NCBI GenBank assembly: GCA_030390025.1
Contig: CM059431.1
Location: forward strand, 32,054,001 to 32,118,000
Length of the DNA stretch: 64,000 nucleotides
Direction: 5' to 3'
Source: Squalus acanthias
Taxonomy: Eukaryota
Part shown: one piece after another, positions 12,025 to 27,000 of the stretch
Layout of the letters: every line of letters starts with the position of its first letter
Numbering within the stretch: position 1 is the first letter of the stretch
Program-made: the position numbers and the translations under genes
The notes under the pieces: model-generated
Seen by the model: only the letters and a program-made list of their open reading frames with translations
Databases searched by the model: none
What the model was told of the DNA's origin: nothing

Positions 12025-15000
12025 CTATAAAAAAGGGGGAAAAATTAGTGTTGCTACAAAACAGCACTTAATTCATTAATCAGCAAAATTGCAAAGCTAC
12101 AGGAATAATCTATGAACATAATCTTTATATATGTGTATTGGTATTTTGTGGTCACAGTACTAAATGGTGCGAACTTCTCTTATCTCTCAAACAGTATTCA
12201 TAACTGCCTGATTCTATTTGTTAGTAACTTGCTGTTATACATGATCATAGAATCAAAGAATCATAGAGATTTACGGCACAGAAGGAGGCCATTCGGCCCA
12301 TCGGGCTGGATTTTGATACTGGGGCGGGTTGGGGTCGTGTCATCCACTTTTCGTGTTATCCACCCGACTGCAATTGGATGTGGGAGATTGATGCGATTTT
12401 CACCTAATTGGGCAATTGAGTTCCAGCATGTGGGAACCCATGAACCAATTAGTGTTTTCAGTCTGAAAGTCGCCTCTGATGATGTCATCATTGCTGCTGC
12501 ATTAAAGGTCTGCAAAGACTGCCTGGCCTTTGCTGTGAGAGGACCTGGATGCAAAATGAGCAGCAGCAGCCCGAACTCTGCTCCCAGATATTTTTGCACC
12601 ACCACTCCCAGATATGTCTCCCATCCACCACCACTCCCAGATATGTCATCCATCCTCCCATCCACCACCACTCCCAGATATGTCATCCATCCTCCCATCC
12701 ACCACCACTTCCAGGCCAGCCGGCCGGCCGGCCAGCCATCCAAATGTGCTCCCGCCAGGTTTCACATTCGTGGTTCAGAACAGGCGTGCTTCACGTAGAA
12801 AAAGGGTTAAAATCACAAAGGCCTTTCAAAATGGCATTACAGAGGCAATTTAGTGCTTGTTAAGGGCCTTAACAGCCTATCCCACCTCTTAGAGTCGGGC
12901 CGGAGGCGGGACCAGCAGACACGATTTAATGAAAATTGCGTGGAGGCGGGATGGAGGCGGGCTTGTGCCCGCCTGCCCACCAGTTTTCGCAATTTTAACC
13001 CCCCCCCCCCCCCACGCCTCCAAACCCGCCTCCACGGGTCAATGAAAATCCAGCCCATCGTGTCTGCGCCGGTCGAAAAGGAGCTATCCAGCCTAATCCC
13101 ACTTTCCAGCTCTTGGTCCATGGCCTTGCAGGTTACGGCACTTCAAGTGCATATCCAAGTAATTTTTAAATGTGATGAGGGTTTCTGCCTCTACCACCCT
13201 TTCAGACAGTGAGTTCCAGACCCCCACCACCCTCCGCATGAAAAAAATTCTCAACTCCCCTCTAATCCTTCTACCAATGACTTTAAATCTATGCCCCCTC
13301 GTTACTGACCTCTCTGCTAAGGGAAATAGGTCCTTCCTATCCACTCAATCTAGGCCCCTCATAATTTATTTTACCTAAATTAAATCTCCCCTCAGCCTCC
13401 TCTGTTCCAAAGAAAACAACCCCAGCCTATCCAATCTTTCCTCAAAGTTAAAATTCTCCAGTCCTGGCAACATCCTCGTAAATCGCCTCTGTACCCTCTC
13501 TAGTGTAATCACATCTTTCCTGTAATGTGGTGACCAGAACTGTACGCATTACTCTAGCTGTGGCCTAACTAGTGTTTTATACAGTTCAAGCATAACCTCT
13601 CTGCTCTTATATTCTATGTCTTGGGTAATAAAGAAGGAGAATATACCCATATGCCTTCTTAACCACCTTATCTACCTGTCCTGCTACCTTCAGGGATCTG
13701 TGGACATGCACTCCAAAGTTGCTCTGTACCTCTACACTTCTCAGTATCCCACCATTTATTGTGTATTCCTTGCTTTGTTAACCCTCCCCAAATGCATTAC
13801 CTCACACTTCTCCGGATTAAATTCCATTTGCCACTTTTCTGCCCACCTGGCCAGTCCATTGATATCTTCCTGCAGTCTACAGCTATCTTCCTCACTATCA
13901 ACTACATGGCCAATTGCTGTATCATCTGCAAACTTCTTAATCATGCCCCCTACATTGAAGTCTAAATCATTGAAATATACCACAAAAAACAAGGGACCTA
14001 GTACTGAGCCCTGTGGAAGCCCACTGGAAACAGCCTACCAGTCACAAAAACACCAGTCAATCATTACCCTTTGCTTCCTGCCACTCAGCCAATTTTGGAT
14101 CCAACTTGCCCCTTTCCCTTGGATCCCAGGGGCTTTTACTTTTTTGACCAACCTGCCATGTGGAACCTTGTCAAGGCCTTGCTAAAATCCATGTAGTCTA
14201 CATCAAATGCACTACCCACATCAACCCTCCTCAAGAAATTCAATCAAGTTAGTCAGACACGACCTTCCCTTAACAAATCCATGCTGACTGTGCTTGATTA
14301 GTCCGTGACTTTCTAAATGATGATTTACACAGTCCCTCAGAGTTTTTTCCAATAATTTTCCCACCACTGAGGTTAGGCAAACTGGCCTGTAATTACTCGG
14401 TCTATCCATTTTTTAAAAATGGCACAAGATTAGCAGTCCTCCGGCACCACACCTGTAGGCAGAGAGGATTGGAAAATGATGGTCGGAGCCTCCACTATTT
14501 CCTCCCTTGCCTCTCTTAATAGCCTGGGATACATTTCATCTGGGCCTGGTGATGGCTCTACTTTCAAAGATGCTAAACCTCTTAATACTTCCTCTCTCTC
14601 ACTATGTTTATCCCATCAAATATTTTACACTCCTCCTCAATTGCAATATCTGCATCGTTCCTCTCTTCTGTGAAGTCAGACGCAAAGTATTCATTAAGAA
14701 CCATACCCACGTCTTCCGCCTCCACATATAGGTTACCTTTTTGGTCTCTAATAGGCTCTTCCCTTAGTTATCCTCTTGCTCCTTATACTGTATAACCATG
14801 AATATTGTATAAACATGAATACTGTTATATGCCAATGGACCTCTATGTTATGTTAATGGTGGTGGACCATGAAACAACTAAACGGGAAGAGGAGGCTCCA
14901 TGAATATCCCCATCCTCAATGATGGTGGAGCCCAGCACGTGAGTGCAAAAGACAAGGCTGAAGCGTTTGCAAACATCTTCAGCCAAAAGTGCCGAGTGGA

Positions 15001-18000
15001 TGATCCATATCAGCCTCCTCCTTAGGTCCCCACCATCACAGAAGCCAGTCTTCAGCCAATTCGATTCACTCCACGTGATATCAAGAAACGGCTGTCGTGC
15101 TGAAGACTTGTGCTCCAGAACTAGCTGCGCCTCTAGCCAAGCTGTTCCAGTACAGCTACAACACTGGCATCTATTCGACAATGTGGAAAACGGCCCAGGT
15201 ATATCCTGTCCACAAAAAGCAGGACAAATCCAACCCGGCCAATTACCGCCCCATCAGTCTACTCTCAATCATCAGCAAAGTAATGGAAGGTGTCATCGAC
15301 AGTGCTATCAAGCGTCACTTACTCACCAATAACCTACTCACTGATGCCCAGGTTGGGTTACGCCAAGACCACTCAGCTCCCGACCTCATTACAGCCTTGG
15401 TCCAAACATGGAGAAAAGAGCTGATTCCAGAGGTGAGGTGAGAATGACTGCCCTTGACATCAAGGCAGCATTTGACCGAGTGTGGCATGAAGGAGCCCTA
15501 GTAAAACTGAAGTCAATGGGAATCGGGGGGAAAACTCTCCACTGGCTGGAGTCATACCTAGCACAAAGGAAGATGGTTGTGGTGGTTGGGGGTCAATCAT
15601 CTCAGCCCCAACACATAGCTGCAGGAGTTCCTCAGGGCAGTGTCCTAGGCCCAACCATCTTCAGCTGCTTCATCAATGACCTTCCCTCCAACATAAGGTC
15701 AAAAATGGGGATGTTCGCTGATGACTGCAGTGTTCAGTGCCATTCGCAACTCCTCAGATAATGAAGCAGTCCATGCCCGCATGCAACAAGACCTGGACGA
15801 CATTCAGGCTTGGGCTGATAAGTGGCAGGTAACATTTGTGACACACAAGTGCCAAGCAATGACTATCTCCAACAAGCGAGAGTCTAACCACTGCCCCTTG
15901 ACATTCAACGACATTACCATCGCCGAATCCACCACCAACAACATCCTGGGGGTCACCATTGACCAGTAACTTAACTGAACCAGCCACATAAATACTGTGG
16001 CAACAAGAGCAGGTCAGACACTAGGTATTCTGTGGCGAGTGTCTCACCTCCTGACTCCCCAAAGCCTTTCCACCATCTACAAGGCACAAGTAAGGAGTGT
16101 GATGGAATACTCTCCACTTGCCTGGTTGAGTGCAGCTCCAAAAACACTCAAGAAGCTCAACACCATCCAGGACAAAGCAGCCTGCTTGATTGGCACTCCA
16201 CCGACCACCTTAAACATCCACTCCCTCCACCACCGGCGTACCGTGGCTGCAGTGTGTACCATCTACAAGATGCACTGCAGCAACTCGCCAAGGCTTCTTT
16301 GGCAGCACCTCCCAAACCCGCAACCTCTACCACCTAGAAGGAGAAGGGCAGCAGGCGCATTGGAACACCACCACCTCCAAGTTCCCCTCCAAGTCATACA
16401 CCATCCTGACTTGGAAGTATATCGTCGTTCCTTCATCGTCGATGGGTCAAAATCCTGGAGCTCTCTCCCTAACAGTACTGTGGGACTACCCTCACTACAC
16501 GGACTGCAGCGGTTCAAGAAGGTGGCTCACCACCACCTTCTCAAGGGCAACTAGGGATGGGCAATAAATGCTGGCCTGGCCATCGACACCCACATCCCAT
16601 GAATGAATTTTAAAAAAAATACGTCAGAACGGAAGTCCTGTCCATTGCCGAACCCGATGAGTAAAACCTCATAGGACTGATTTCTAAGGGCCATAGAAGC
16701 AGCATTTAAAGGGGCACTCACCTGCAAGCATGGAGATCATAGGTATATGTTTTGCTATTGCATGTTTGGATTTCCTCTGGAGAGATTGCTTTTGTCTGCA
16801 TTTATTCTGCTTCCACACCCTCAAAAAGTACATAAGTTATGATGGATGGCATTCTGACTACTTTAACCTGGTTGTATGAAAAGGAGGAGGAAGACCAGGA
16901 GCAAGAACTGCAGCAGGCTGCCCTGCCACAAGGATCAACTGTTGGGCCGCCTAAAAAACAAGTGAGGGGGGGCTGCTCGAAGAAGGCCTTACCCAGCTCA
17001 CAGGGTCTACAGGTCCAGAGTGAGTTTCCTGAATCTGTATCAGAAGAATTGCATGAGGAGGCTGCATCCTGTCGCAGACCTCTATAGTCTCCTGCAACAA
17101 CCTACTAGCTGCTGAGCCAGATGGCCATGTTTTGACTCAGGGGGGGAGAAATTCAGTATCGCCCCACTTGGGACGCAATTATCGGCCAGGTGCAAAGATT
17201 AGCGCCTGGCGCTAATTATCGCCTACGACTGCAATCTTGACTTTTATCGCCCCTGGAGGTGATTGGAGCGCTAAATCAGGCGCTGCACACCTGTCTTAAG
17301 GCGCAAAGGCCGAGGAGCGAGGCGCTAAGTCAGAGCGTGGGCGAAGCTCATGTAATGTCAGTCAGCAATGGAACACAGACACAATGGCGCCGGCCACTTC
17401 TTAAAGGGGAGGGTTGCTCTTGCTTTCCATCCACATCCTGCTCATTGCAGCCTTGAATCTCGGCCTGGAGAGACCTGTACATCAAATCTGCTGGAAAGAA
17501 CAATGGAGAGGCCATGGGAAAGAGCTCAGAGTGCAACCCCCACAGTCTCTTCTAAATCGATACAAGGAAGGGCAAATCAAAATGAACCTGCAAAGTGCTG
17601 CTCAGTACCCAAAACTCCTTCACACAGCGTTGATTCTCTCCAGAAGTCTCTCTCTCTCTCTCTCTCTCTCTCAGAATGCGTAGTTCAAAAATGGCACCAA
17701 CAATAAAAGGCAGGAAGCGGTCGCCTTTAAATAGCGTTCCCCCAGTCCCTTCCTGACTGCAAAACGCTCCCCTCAACCTGTCGTTGCTAGCGGCAGGCGG
17801 TAAGGCAGGGGGCGCCACTCAATATCTGCTCCGGGGCGCTACCGGGGCGTTGCACACTCGACTGACGTCACGATCTGCCGGCGCAGGAGATCGTGGCGGT
17901 AGTGTTTAGCGCCGCCACAAAATGTCTAGTTAATTGCGCGAGCGGAGCAAACATCGCCGCGCCCGGGCGCCAGTTGCTTTGCGCCCCATTAGTGCCTTCT

Positions 18001-21000
18001 TAAGGCGCTAACGGGAGGCGCAACCAACTGAATTTTTCCCCCAGGATCTTTCCAGGATGCTACAGGGAACATTTTCTGCATCTCTCAGTCTGCTGTTCAT
18101 ATGTGTATCAAACAAGTCACCAATGCCCTCTTTACAAGGGCCAATGAATATATATCCTTCCCAATGGACAACCAGAAGTCAGAACGGAAGGGCTCTGGGA
18201 TCTGCTGTCATGGCTCTCTTCCCTTGTGTGCAGGGGGTCATTGTTTGCCCAGATGTAGACCAGCCTGAGCATTTGTGAATAGGAAAGAATTGTTCCATCA
18301 ATATGCAGCTGGGTTGTGATCACCGCAACAGGATCATGCAGGTCTATGCCAGGTTTCCAAGCAGCTGTCACAATTCCTTCATTCTGCACTATTCAACCTG
18401 CAACAAAAGGCAGTGGACAGCTGCTCGGGGACAAGGGCTACCCTTTCCACACATGCCTGATGACACCCTTTATTTAAAGTAGAGGAAGAGGATAGGATGC
18501 CAAAAATCCCAAGGAAACTAATATTGAATCAGGGACAGGGACACAACAAAATTAACATAAGCAAAATAACAGTAATGAAGAAAATAATGGCACTAAAGAG
18601 TGATAAATCCTCAGGACCAGATGGTTTCCATCCCAGGGTTTTAAAGGAAGTAGGTGGGCACATTGCAGATGCCCTAATTATAATCTTCCAAAGTTTTCTC
18701 GATTCAGGAACCGTTCCTTTAGATTGGAAAATTGCATGTGTCACTCCGATATTTAAGAATGGTGAGAGAGGGAAACCAGCGAATTATAGACCAGTTAGCC
18801 TAACATCTGTTGTTGGGAAATTGCTAAGAGTCTATAATTAAGGATAGGGTGACTGAACACCTTGAAAATTTTCAGTTGGTCAGAGAGAGCCAGCATGGAT
18901 TTATAAAAGGCAGGTCATGCCTGACGAACCTGATTGAATTTTTTGAAGAGGTAACTGAACTAGTAGACAGGGGAATGTCTATGGATGTTATTTATATGGA
19001 CTTCCAGAAGGCATTTGATAAAGTCCCTCATAAGAGACTGTTAAGGTTGAATCCCATGGAATTGAAGGCAAATTACTGACCTAGTTAGGAAATTGGCTGA
19101 GTGGCAGGAGACAGAGATTAGGGATAATGGGCAGGTACTCTAATTGGCAGAATGTGACTAGTGGTGTCCCGCAGAGATCTGTGTTGGGGCCGCAACTATT
19201 CACCGTATTTATTAACGACTTAGATGATGGGGTAGAAAGCCACATATCCAAATTTGCCGATGACACAAAGGTAGGCGGCATTGTAGATGAAAGCATAAAA
19301 TTACAGAGGGATATCGACAGATTAAGTGAATGGGCAAAACTGTGGCAAATGGACTTCAATGTAGGAAAATGTGAGGTCATCCGCTTTGGACCTAAAAAGG
19401 ATAGAACAGGGTACTTTCTAAATGGTGAAAATCTAAAAACAGTGGAGGTCCAAAGAGACTTGGGGTACCAGGTACATAGATCATTAAAATGTCACGATCA
19501 GGTACGGAAAATAATCAAAATGACTAATGGAATGCTGGCCTTTATATCTAGAGAACAGAATACAAGGAGGTAGAAGTCATGCTACAGCTATACAAAGCCC
19601 TGGTTAGACCACACCTGGAGTACTGTGAGCAGCTCTGGGCACCGCACCTTAGGAAGGATATACTGGCCTTGGAGGGAGTGCAGTGTCCATGGAGGATGTC
19701 ACATGCTCTAGGGAATACTGCAGAATGCTGATCCTGTGACAGGATGCCACCAGGGGGGCTAAAATCAATTGACTGGGCCTCCTGTTTGGCATTGTTCACC
19801 AGCTAGCTGCCTAAAAATGTCACGGGAGGAAATTTACCCCAAGGATGTTCCCTGAAAGTATAACTGTAGGGGCATTGTTAAATTATATTACTGACAGCAA
19901 GTAGACTGTCCCTAAGCGGACATAAGATTTCTCAAAATATGAAACGTTTTTAAAATAATCACTTTAAATTATGCAAGTTACATGTTATATACCAGATACT
20001 CATCTTCAAGATATTCTCTAATCAATCAAGGTATATGCTATTCATAAGAACATAAGAAATAGGAGCAGGAGTAGGCCATTTGGCCCCTCGAGCCTGCTCC
20101 ACCATTCAATAAGATCATGGCTGATCTTCGACCTCAACTCCACTTTCCTGCACTATTCCCATATCCCTTGATTTCCTTAATATCCAAAAATCTATCGATC
20201 TCTGTCTTGAATCTACTCAACGACTGAGCCTCCATATTATATCCTTCCTTCGGTAAGGAGACCAAAACTGTACACAATACTCCAGGTGTGGTCTCACCAG
20301 GGCCCTATATAATTGCAGTAAGATGTCTTTACTCTTATACTCAAATCCTCTTGTAATAAAGGCCAACATACCATTTGCTTTCCTAATTGCTTGCTGTACC
20401 TGTATGTTAACTTTAAGTGATTTCATGTACAAGGACACCCAGGTCCTTCTGAACACCAACATTTCCCAATCTCTCACCATTTAAAAAATACTCTGCTTTT
20501 CTATTTTTCCTACCAAAGTGGATAACTTCACATTTCTCCACATTATATTCCCTTTGCCATGTTCTTGCCCACTCACTTAGCTTGTCTATATCCACTTGAA
20601 GCCTCTTTGCATCCTCCTCACAATTTACATTCCCACCCAGCTTTGTATCATCAGCAAACTTGGATATATTACATTTGGTCCCCTCATCCAAATCATTGAT
20701 GTAGATTGTGAATAGCTAAGGCCCAAGCACTGATCCTTGCGGTACCCCACGAGTTACAGCCTGCCAACACGAAAATGACCCGTTTATTCCTACTCTCTGT
20801 TTTCTGTCCGTTAACCAATCCATGCTAGTGTATTACCCGCAATCCCATGAGTCCTAATTTTGTTTAATAACCTCTTGTGTGGCACCTTATCGAATGCCTT
20901 CTGGAAATCCAAATACACCACATCCACTGGTTCCCCCTTATCTATTCTGCTAGTTACAACCTCAAAAAACTCTAACAGATTTGTCAAACACGATTTCCCT

Positions 21001-24000
21001 TTCATCAATCCATGTTGACTCTGCCCAATCCTCTTATTATTTTCTTAAGTTCCCTGTTATCACGTCCTTAATAATAGAGTCTAGCATTTTCCCTACTACT
21101 GATATCAGGCTAACTGGTCTGTAGTTTCCCGTTTTCTTTCTCCCTCCTTTCTTAAATAGTGGGGTTACATTTGCTACCTTCCAATCCACTGGGATCGTTT
21201 TAGAATCTATGGAATTTTGGAAAATGACAACCAATGCATCCACTATCGTGAAAAGAGCGGGAATAGATCTGTGCTAAGTAAACAATTATTTTAGAAACTT
21301 GGAAGTTTATAGAAGCTACACAGTAGTATTTTAGGCATAAGGCCACAGTGTAAAATATTATGCTTGTTTTAGTGCTTTTTAATGAAAATACAGCATTTTT
21401 ATCCATGCACCAGATGAACTTGATCTTCATTTATTTATTATTTCCTAGGTTCCTGGAGGCACTAGGAACCAAAACTGCAGGTATTACCTTTTGCCGAGGT
21501 TGTTCTGGGATGTCTTCATTTGTATTTCTTCTTTGATATCATGATCTGAAATGACCACCTTTGGAGATTTGTGCTGAAGATCCTAGAATCATAGAGCATA
21601 GAATTTTACAGCATAGGAGGAGACCATTCGACCCAACATACTTGAGTTGGCTCACTGAAAGGGCTATCCACAAAGTCCTATTTCCCTGCTTTTTCCCCAT
21701 ATGCTTTTAAATTTGTCTTTTCCAATATTTACCACTTCCCTTTTAGAAACATAGAAACATAGAATCTAGGAGCAGGAGTAGGCCATTCGGCCCGTCGAGC
21801 CTGCTCCACCATTCAATACGATCATGGCTGATCATCCAAATCCAGTACCCTGTCCCTGCTTTAATCCCCACAGTACACATATCCCACCCTACCCCCGTAA
21901 CCCCACGTATTTAATTCCCCCTAACATATCCCATCCTATCCCCATAACCCCACATATTTAATCCCCCCCTAACACTAAGGGTCAATTTATCATAGCCAAA
22001 TCAACCTAACCCGCACATTTTTGGACTGTGGGAGGAAACCGGAGCACCCGGAGGAAACCCACGCAGACACGGGGAGAATGTGCAAACTCCACACAGACAG
22101 TCACCCGAGGTCAGATTCGAACCCGGGTCCCTGGCGCTGTGAGGCACCAGTGCTAACCACTATGCCACCGTGTTGCCCTTAAAATTAATTAAGGATTCTG
22201 CTTCTACCACTGTTTCTGGCAGCATATTCCATGCTGTAACAATCACTGTTAGAGGAACTTCTCTTAACCTTATTGCTTGTTCTTTTGGTGACTCTCTTAA
22301 ATTTATGCCTTCCAGTTTTCATTGCACAGACCACTGAAAATAGTTTTTTCCCAATTTATCATATCAAAATCCCTCATAATTTTGAATATCTCTATCAAGT
22401 CTCCTCTTAGCATTCTGTATTCTAATGAAAAAAGCGCCAATTTCTCTGGTGTCATCATAACTAGAGCCTCTTATCCCTGGTATCATCTTAGTAAATCTCT
22501 TCTGCATCTCCTCCCCGGCCTGGCCATCTTTCCAAAAGTAGGCCATCCAAAACTGAACAGAATATTCTAACTGTGCCCTAACCAAAGATTTGTATAAGTT
22601 TATTTATCTTTACTTTTGTACTCTATTCACCTATAAAACCTAGGATCCCATATACTTTTTTTTTTACAACTTTTATCAACTTGTCCTTCCACTTTTGAAG
22701 ATCTGTGTATCTGAACACCTGAGTCTTTCTGCTCCTTTACTCCTTTTAAAATTTTACCGGATTCTCATTCTTCCTCCCAAAATGTATCACCTCAAATTTT
22801 TCTGCATTAAATTTCATCCATCAGCTATGTACCTAATCTATTAAATTATCTAAGCTCTCCCCAATTCATTTAAAATCCTCTGCACAGTTACTCAGGCTTC
22901 CTATTTTATGGCAATTATTCCTCCAATTTGGGTACAGTCTAGATACATTCCCACGAGGGGTAAAGGTAAAGCCAGAGCTCCCTGGATGACAAAAGAGATA
23001 GAGCGTAAGATGAAGCAGAAAAAAGGGGCATATGACAGATGTCAGGTTGAAAATACAAGTGAGAATTAGGCTGAATATAGAAATTTCAGGGGGAAGTGAA
23101 AAACGAAATAAGAGGGGCAAAGAGAGTGTATGAGAATAGACTAGCAGCTAACATAAAAGGGAATCCAAAAGTCTTCTATAGGCATATAAATAATAAACGG
23201 GTAGTAAGAGGAGGGGGTGAGGCTCAATTAGGAACCAAAAAACAGAGACCTACACATGGAGGCAGAGGGTATGGCTGAGGTACTAAATGAGTACTTTGCA
23301 TCTGTCTTTACCAAGGAAGAAAATGCTGCCAAAGTCATAGTGAAAGAGGAGATAGTTGAGATACTGGATGGGATAAAAATTGATAAAGAGGTATTGAAAG
23401 GCTGGCTAAACTTAAAGTAGATAAGTCACCAGGACCAGATGGGATGCATCCTAGGATGCTAAGGGAAGTAAAGGTGGAAATTGCAGAGGTACTGGCCATA
23501 ATCTTCTAATCCTCCTTAGATACGGGGGTGGTGCCAGAGGACTGGAGAATGGCAAATGTTACACCCTTGTTCAAAAAACCCAACAACTACAGACCAGTCA
23601 ATTTAACCTTGGTAGTGGGGAAGCTTTTAGAAACAATAATCGGGGACAAAATTAACAGTCACTTGGACAAGTGTGGATTAATTAAGGAAAGCCAGCATGG
23701 ATTTATTAAAGGAAAATCGTGTTTAACTAACTTGATTTCGTTTTTTGATAAGGTAACAGAGGGTTGATGTGGTGTGCATGGACTTCCAAAAGGCATTTGA
23801 TAAAGTGCCACATAATAGGTTTGCCAACAAAGTTGAAGCTCATGGAATAAAAGGGACAGTGGCAGCATGGATACAAAATTGGCTAAGTGACAGGAAACAG
23901 AGAGTAGTGGTGAACGTTTTTTTTCGGACTGGAGGAAGGTATACAGTGGTGTTCCCCAGGGGTCGGTACTAGGACCACTGCTTTTCTTGATATATATTAA

Positions 24001-27000
24001 TGACTTGGACTTGGGTGTACAGGGCACAATTTCAAAATCTGCAGATGACACAAAACTTGGAAGTATAGTGAACAGTGAGGAGGATAGTGATAGACTTCAA
24101 GAGGACATAGACAGGCTGGTGGAATGGGTGGACACGTGGCAGATGAAATTTAATGCAGAAAAGTGCAAAGTGATACATTTTGGTAGGAAGAATGAGGAGA
24201 GGCAATATAAATTAAAGGGTGCAATTCTAAAGGGGGTGCATGAAGAGAGACCTGGGGGTATTTGTGCACAAATTATTAAGGTTGCAGGGCAGATTGAGAA
24301 AGCGGTTAAAAAAGCATACAGGATCTTGGGCTTCATAAATAGAGGTCATGATGTGGAGATGCCGGCGTTGGACTGGGGTGGACAAAAATGAGAAGTCGCA
24401 CAACACCAGGTTATAGTCCAACAGATTTATTTAATTTTACAAGCTTTCGGAGCTGTCGCTCGCAGCAGATTACCCATCTTTCAGGAGAACAGCAACCACG
24501 ACACCACACAACCCTGCCACGGCAACCTCTGTAAGACATGCCAGATCATGGACACAGATACCATCATCACACGTGAGGACACTACCCACCAGGTACATGG
24601 TACATACTCATGTGACTCGGCCAACGTTGTCTACCTGATACGTTGCAGTAAAGGATGCCCCAGAGCATGGTACATCGGCGAGACCATGCAGACACTGAGA
24701 CAACGTATGAACGGACACCGCGCAACAATCGCCAGGCAGGAGGGTTGCCTCCCAGTCGGGGAACACTTCAGCAGTCAGGGGCATTCAGCCTCGGCTCTGC
24801 GGGTAAGCGTTCTCCAAGGCGGCCTTCGGGATACACGACAGCGCAAAATCATCGAGCAGAAACTGATAGCCAAGTTCCGCACTCATGAGGATGGCCTCAA
24901 TCGCGCTATCGGGTTCATGTCACGATACAGAACGTGACTTGACATCATGGCCGGTCTTTCCAGGTTTTTTTTTTTAAAAACTAACACAAGAACCAACACA
25001 AATGGAGAGGATATGCAGCCAGCAGGTGTTTTGACACGTTGGACCCCCTGGGACACATCTCATTGTCTTGGCTGTGCTCTTAGTGTGTCTTTGATGTAGG
25101 GAAAGATTTGAATACATTTTTTCTGTGTTTATATTGTGAATTCTGGGAGATTCTCTCACAGCTACCCTACCTGAAGAAGGAGCGACAGCTCCAAAAGCTT
25201 GTAAAATTAAATAAATCTGTTGGACTATAACCTGGTGTTGTGCGACTTCTCATTTTCATAAATAGAGGCATAGGGCTGGATTTTCTCTGCGGTGGCAGGA
25301 TAGCTAGTTGCCGGGTTCTGGTCCTGCTCCCGGCTGCAGCCGCTCTGTCAAAGGGATTTTCCCTTGTTTTGCAGATGACACAAAACTTGGAAGTATAGTG
25401 AATAGTGAGGAGGATAGTGATAGACTTCAAGAGGACATAGAGAGGCTTGTTAAGCCCGCCCTGCGGACTTCCCGGACAATTAACAGGAAGCGGGTCTGAT
25501 GACATCATTTGATGATGTGTCATTAGCCGGTTTCCTTAAAGGGACCATGGCCACATTGAGTTTGACAGTTGTTCTGTCAGTGTTTTACAGCATTGTGGTG
25601 CTGCAAACACTGACGAGCACTGCACAAAGGTGGACGGTTGCACCCAGGCTCTCCCTTATGGAGGGAGTCACAGCATGCAGGGAGGTTCTCTTCCCTTCCA
25701 AGGGCAGAAGAGACCTCCCCAGGGCACCAACGCAGCCTGGTTGCACATTGCACAGGAGGGCAAAAGCAGGGATGTTGTCAGGAGTCCCTGGCTGCAGTGG
25801 CGCCAACCTTTCAATGATCTCAGTGGATCACGAAACATCACTGCAAAGCCGCACTCAAACTCACCCTGCTGTGCCACTCAACATATCCCCATCACTCTGC
25901 CTTCTATACAGTTCTCCTGCACATTCTTACTCACACCAACTTACCTTGCAACTCTACCCATCCCTATCTACATTATCACTTCCCCATGTCACTAGCCACC
26001 CCCCACACTCACCCTCATCCTACTGTAAGCATACTAACTAACACACAAGGGTAGGCACTTGAGAGGTTTAGCCAATGTTCATGTGAAGTTTCTGGTAATG
26101 TGTTGTCATACAGTGAAATCTATAGTTTCAACACTTCACCTTATTGGGGAGATCTGTGCGCATCTTGAGAAGTGTCTTACTGAGTTCCAGTGAATGTTGA
26201 GACATAACTCCCCACTCCCGCCCCCACTATAGTGATGAGTGTGCATGGAATGGCTTGGACATTAAAGGGATGCTTTACGCTGCTGGTGTGGAATGGTATC
26301 AACCTGGCACATCATGTGGCAGCCAGGGTTTACAGCGTCAAGTGAAGTAAATTTGGCCATGGTGATGCCATCGCTGGCCTCCCGGGCAGCAATGTTGTCA
26401 GGGGCTGATGCCCTGTGTCCTGTGCAGCATCAGGTGATGGCGGAGAAGGTTGGTGTTGTTGTTGGTGCTGCTGGTGTACCTGGTGATGTTGGTGTTGGGG
26501 CTGAGCGTGGAAGGAATCAGAGGAGCAAGGTGAGATAGTTTCTAGGGCACCGATGTTGCTGCAATAGATGTCAGCTGCAAGTGAGATGACAGAAGCAATC
26601 GGTCAGTTGTGAGAGAGGTTGTTCCAATGAGGTGGCACTGGACATACAGTTGCCTCTAAACACTTGCAAGATAAAGAAATCTCGATATGTCTTACAAATG
26701 CAATAACCAACAGTTTCTGCGCTCTGAAACTGACCATCTGCAACAGGGCATCATTTACACCACTTCTGCAGCTGTCAGCTTATCAGATACATCAGAGCAG
26801 GCTCAACTCACACCAGGATGAGCTGGCATGTTCCCTGAGCAGCAGGTAACCCATGGGGGAGCACGTAAAATTGGAAGGTAGCCTCAAAATAGCATTAAAT
26901 TGGCTGTTAACAAGCCATTTAATGATCTCAATTGTCTCCCCCGCCGCTTGGTGTTGGGTCAGTCCTCCGCAGACAGACCCGACACCTGGGAGACTCACGT

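Larger units (their letters stand above)
12245..14790 (-). mobile_element. CR1 LINE (RT plus 3' end), interrupted by the MITE at 12303-13056
   Basis: Remnants [41 protein letters not shown]; (ATTCTATG)-type tail at ~12245. Confidence 0.92.

Noticed and set aside
12112-12863. 228-aa and overlapping ORFs near the last exon
   Set aside because: They cross intron sequence, a CR1 tail, a MITE TIR and a tandem repeat, with no coherent domain.
18045-18470. Domesticated HARBI1 host gene
   Set aside because: Frameshifts, a stop, a MITE insertion upstream and truncation by a CR1 show it is a dead transposase.
22105-22178. tRNA gene
   Set aside because: The A and B boxes run straight into the V-SINE core and CR1-like tail; this is a SINE head.
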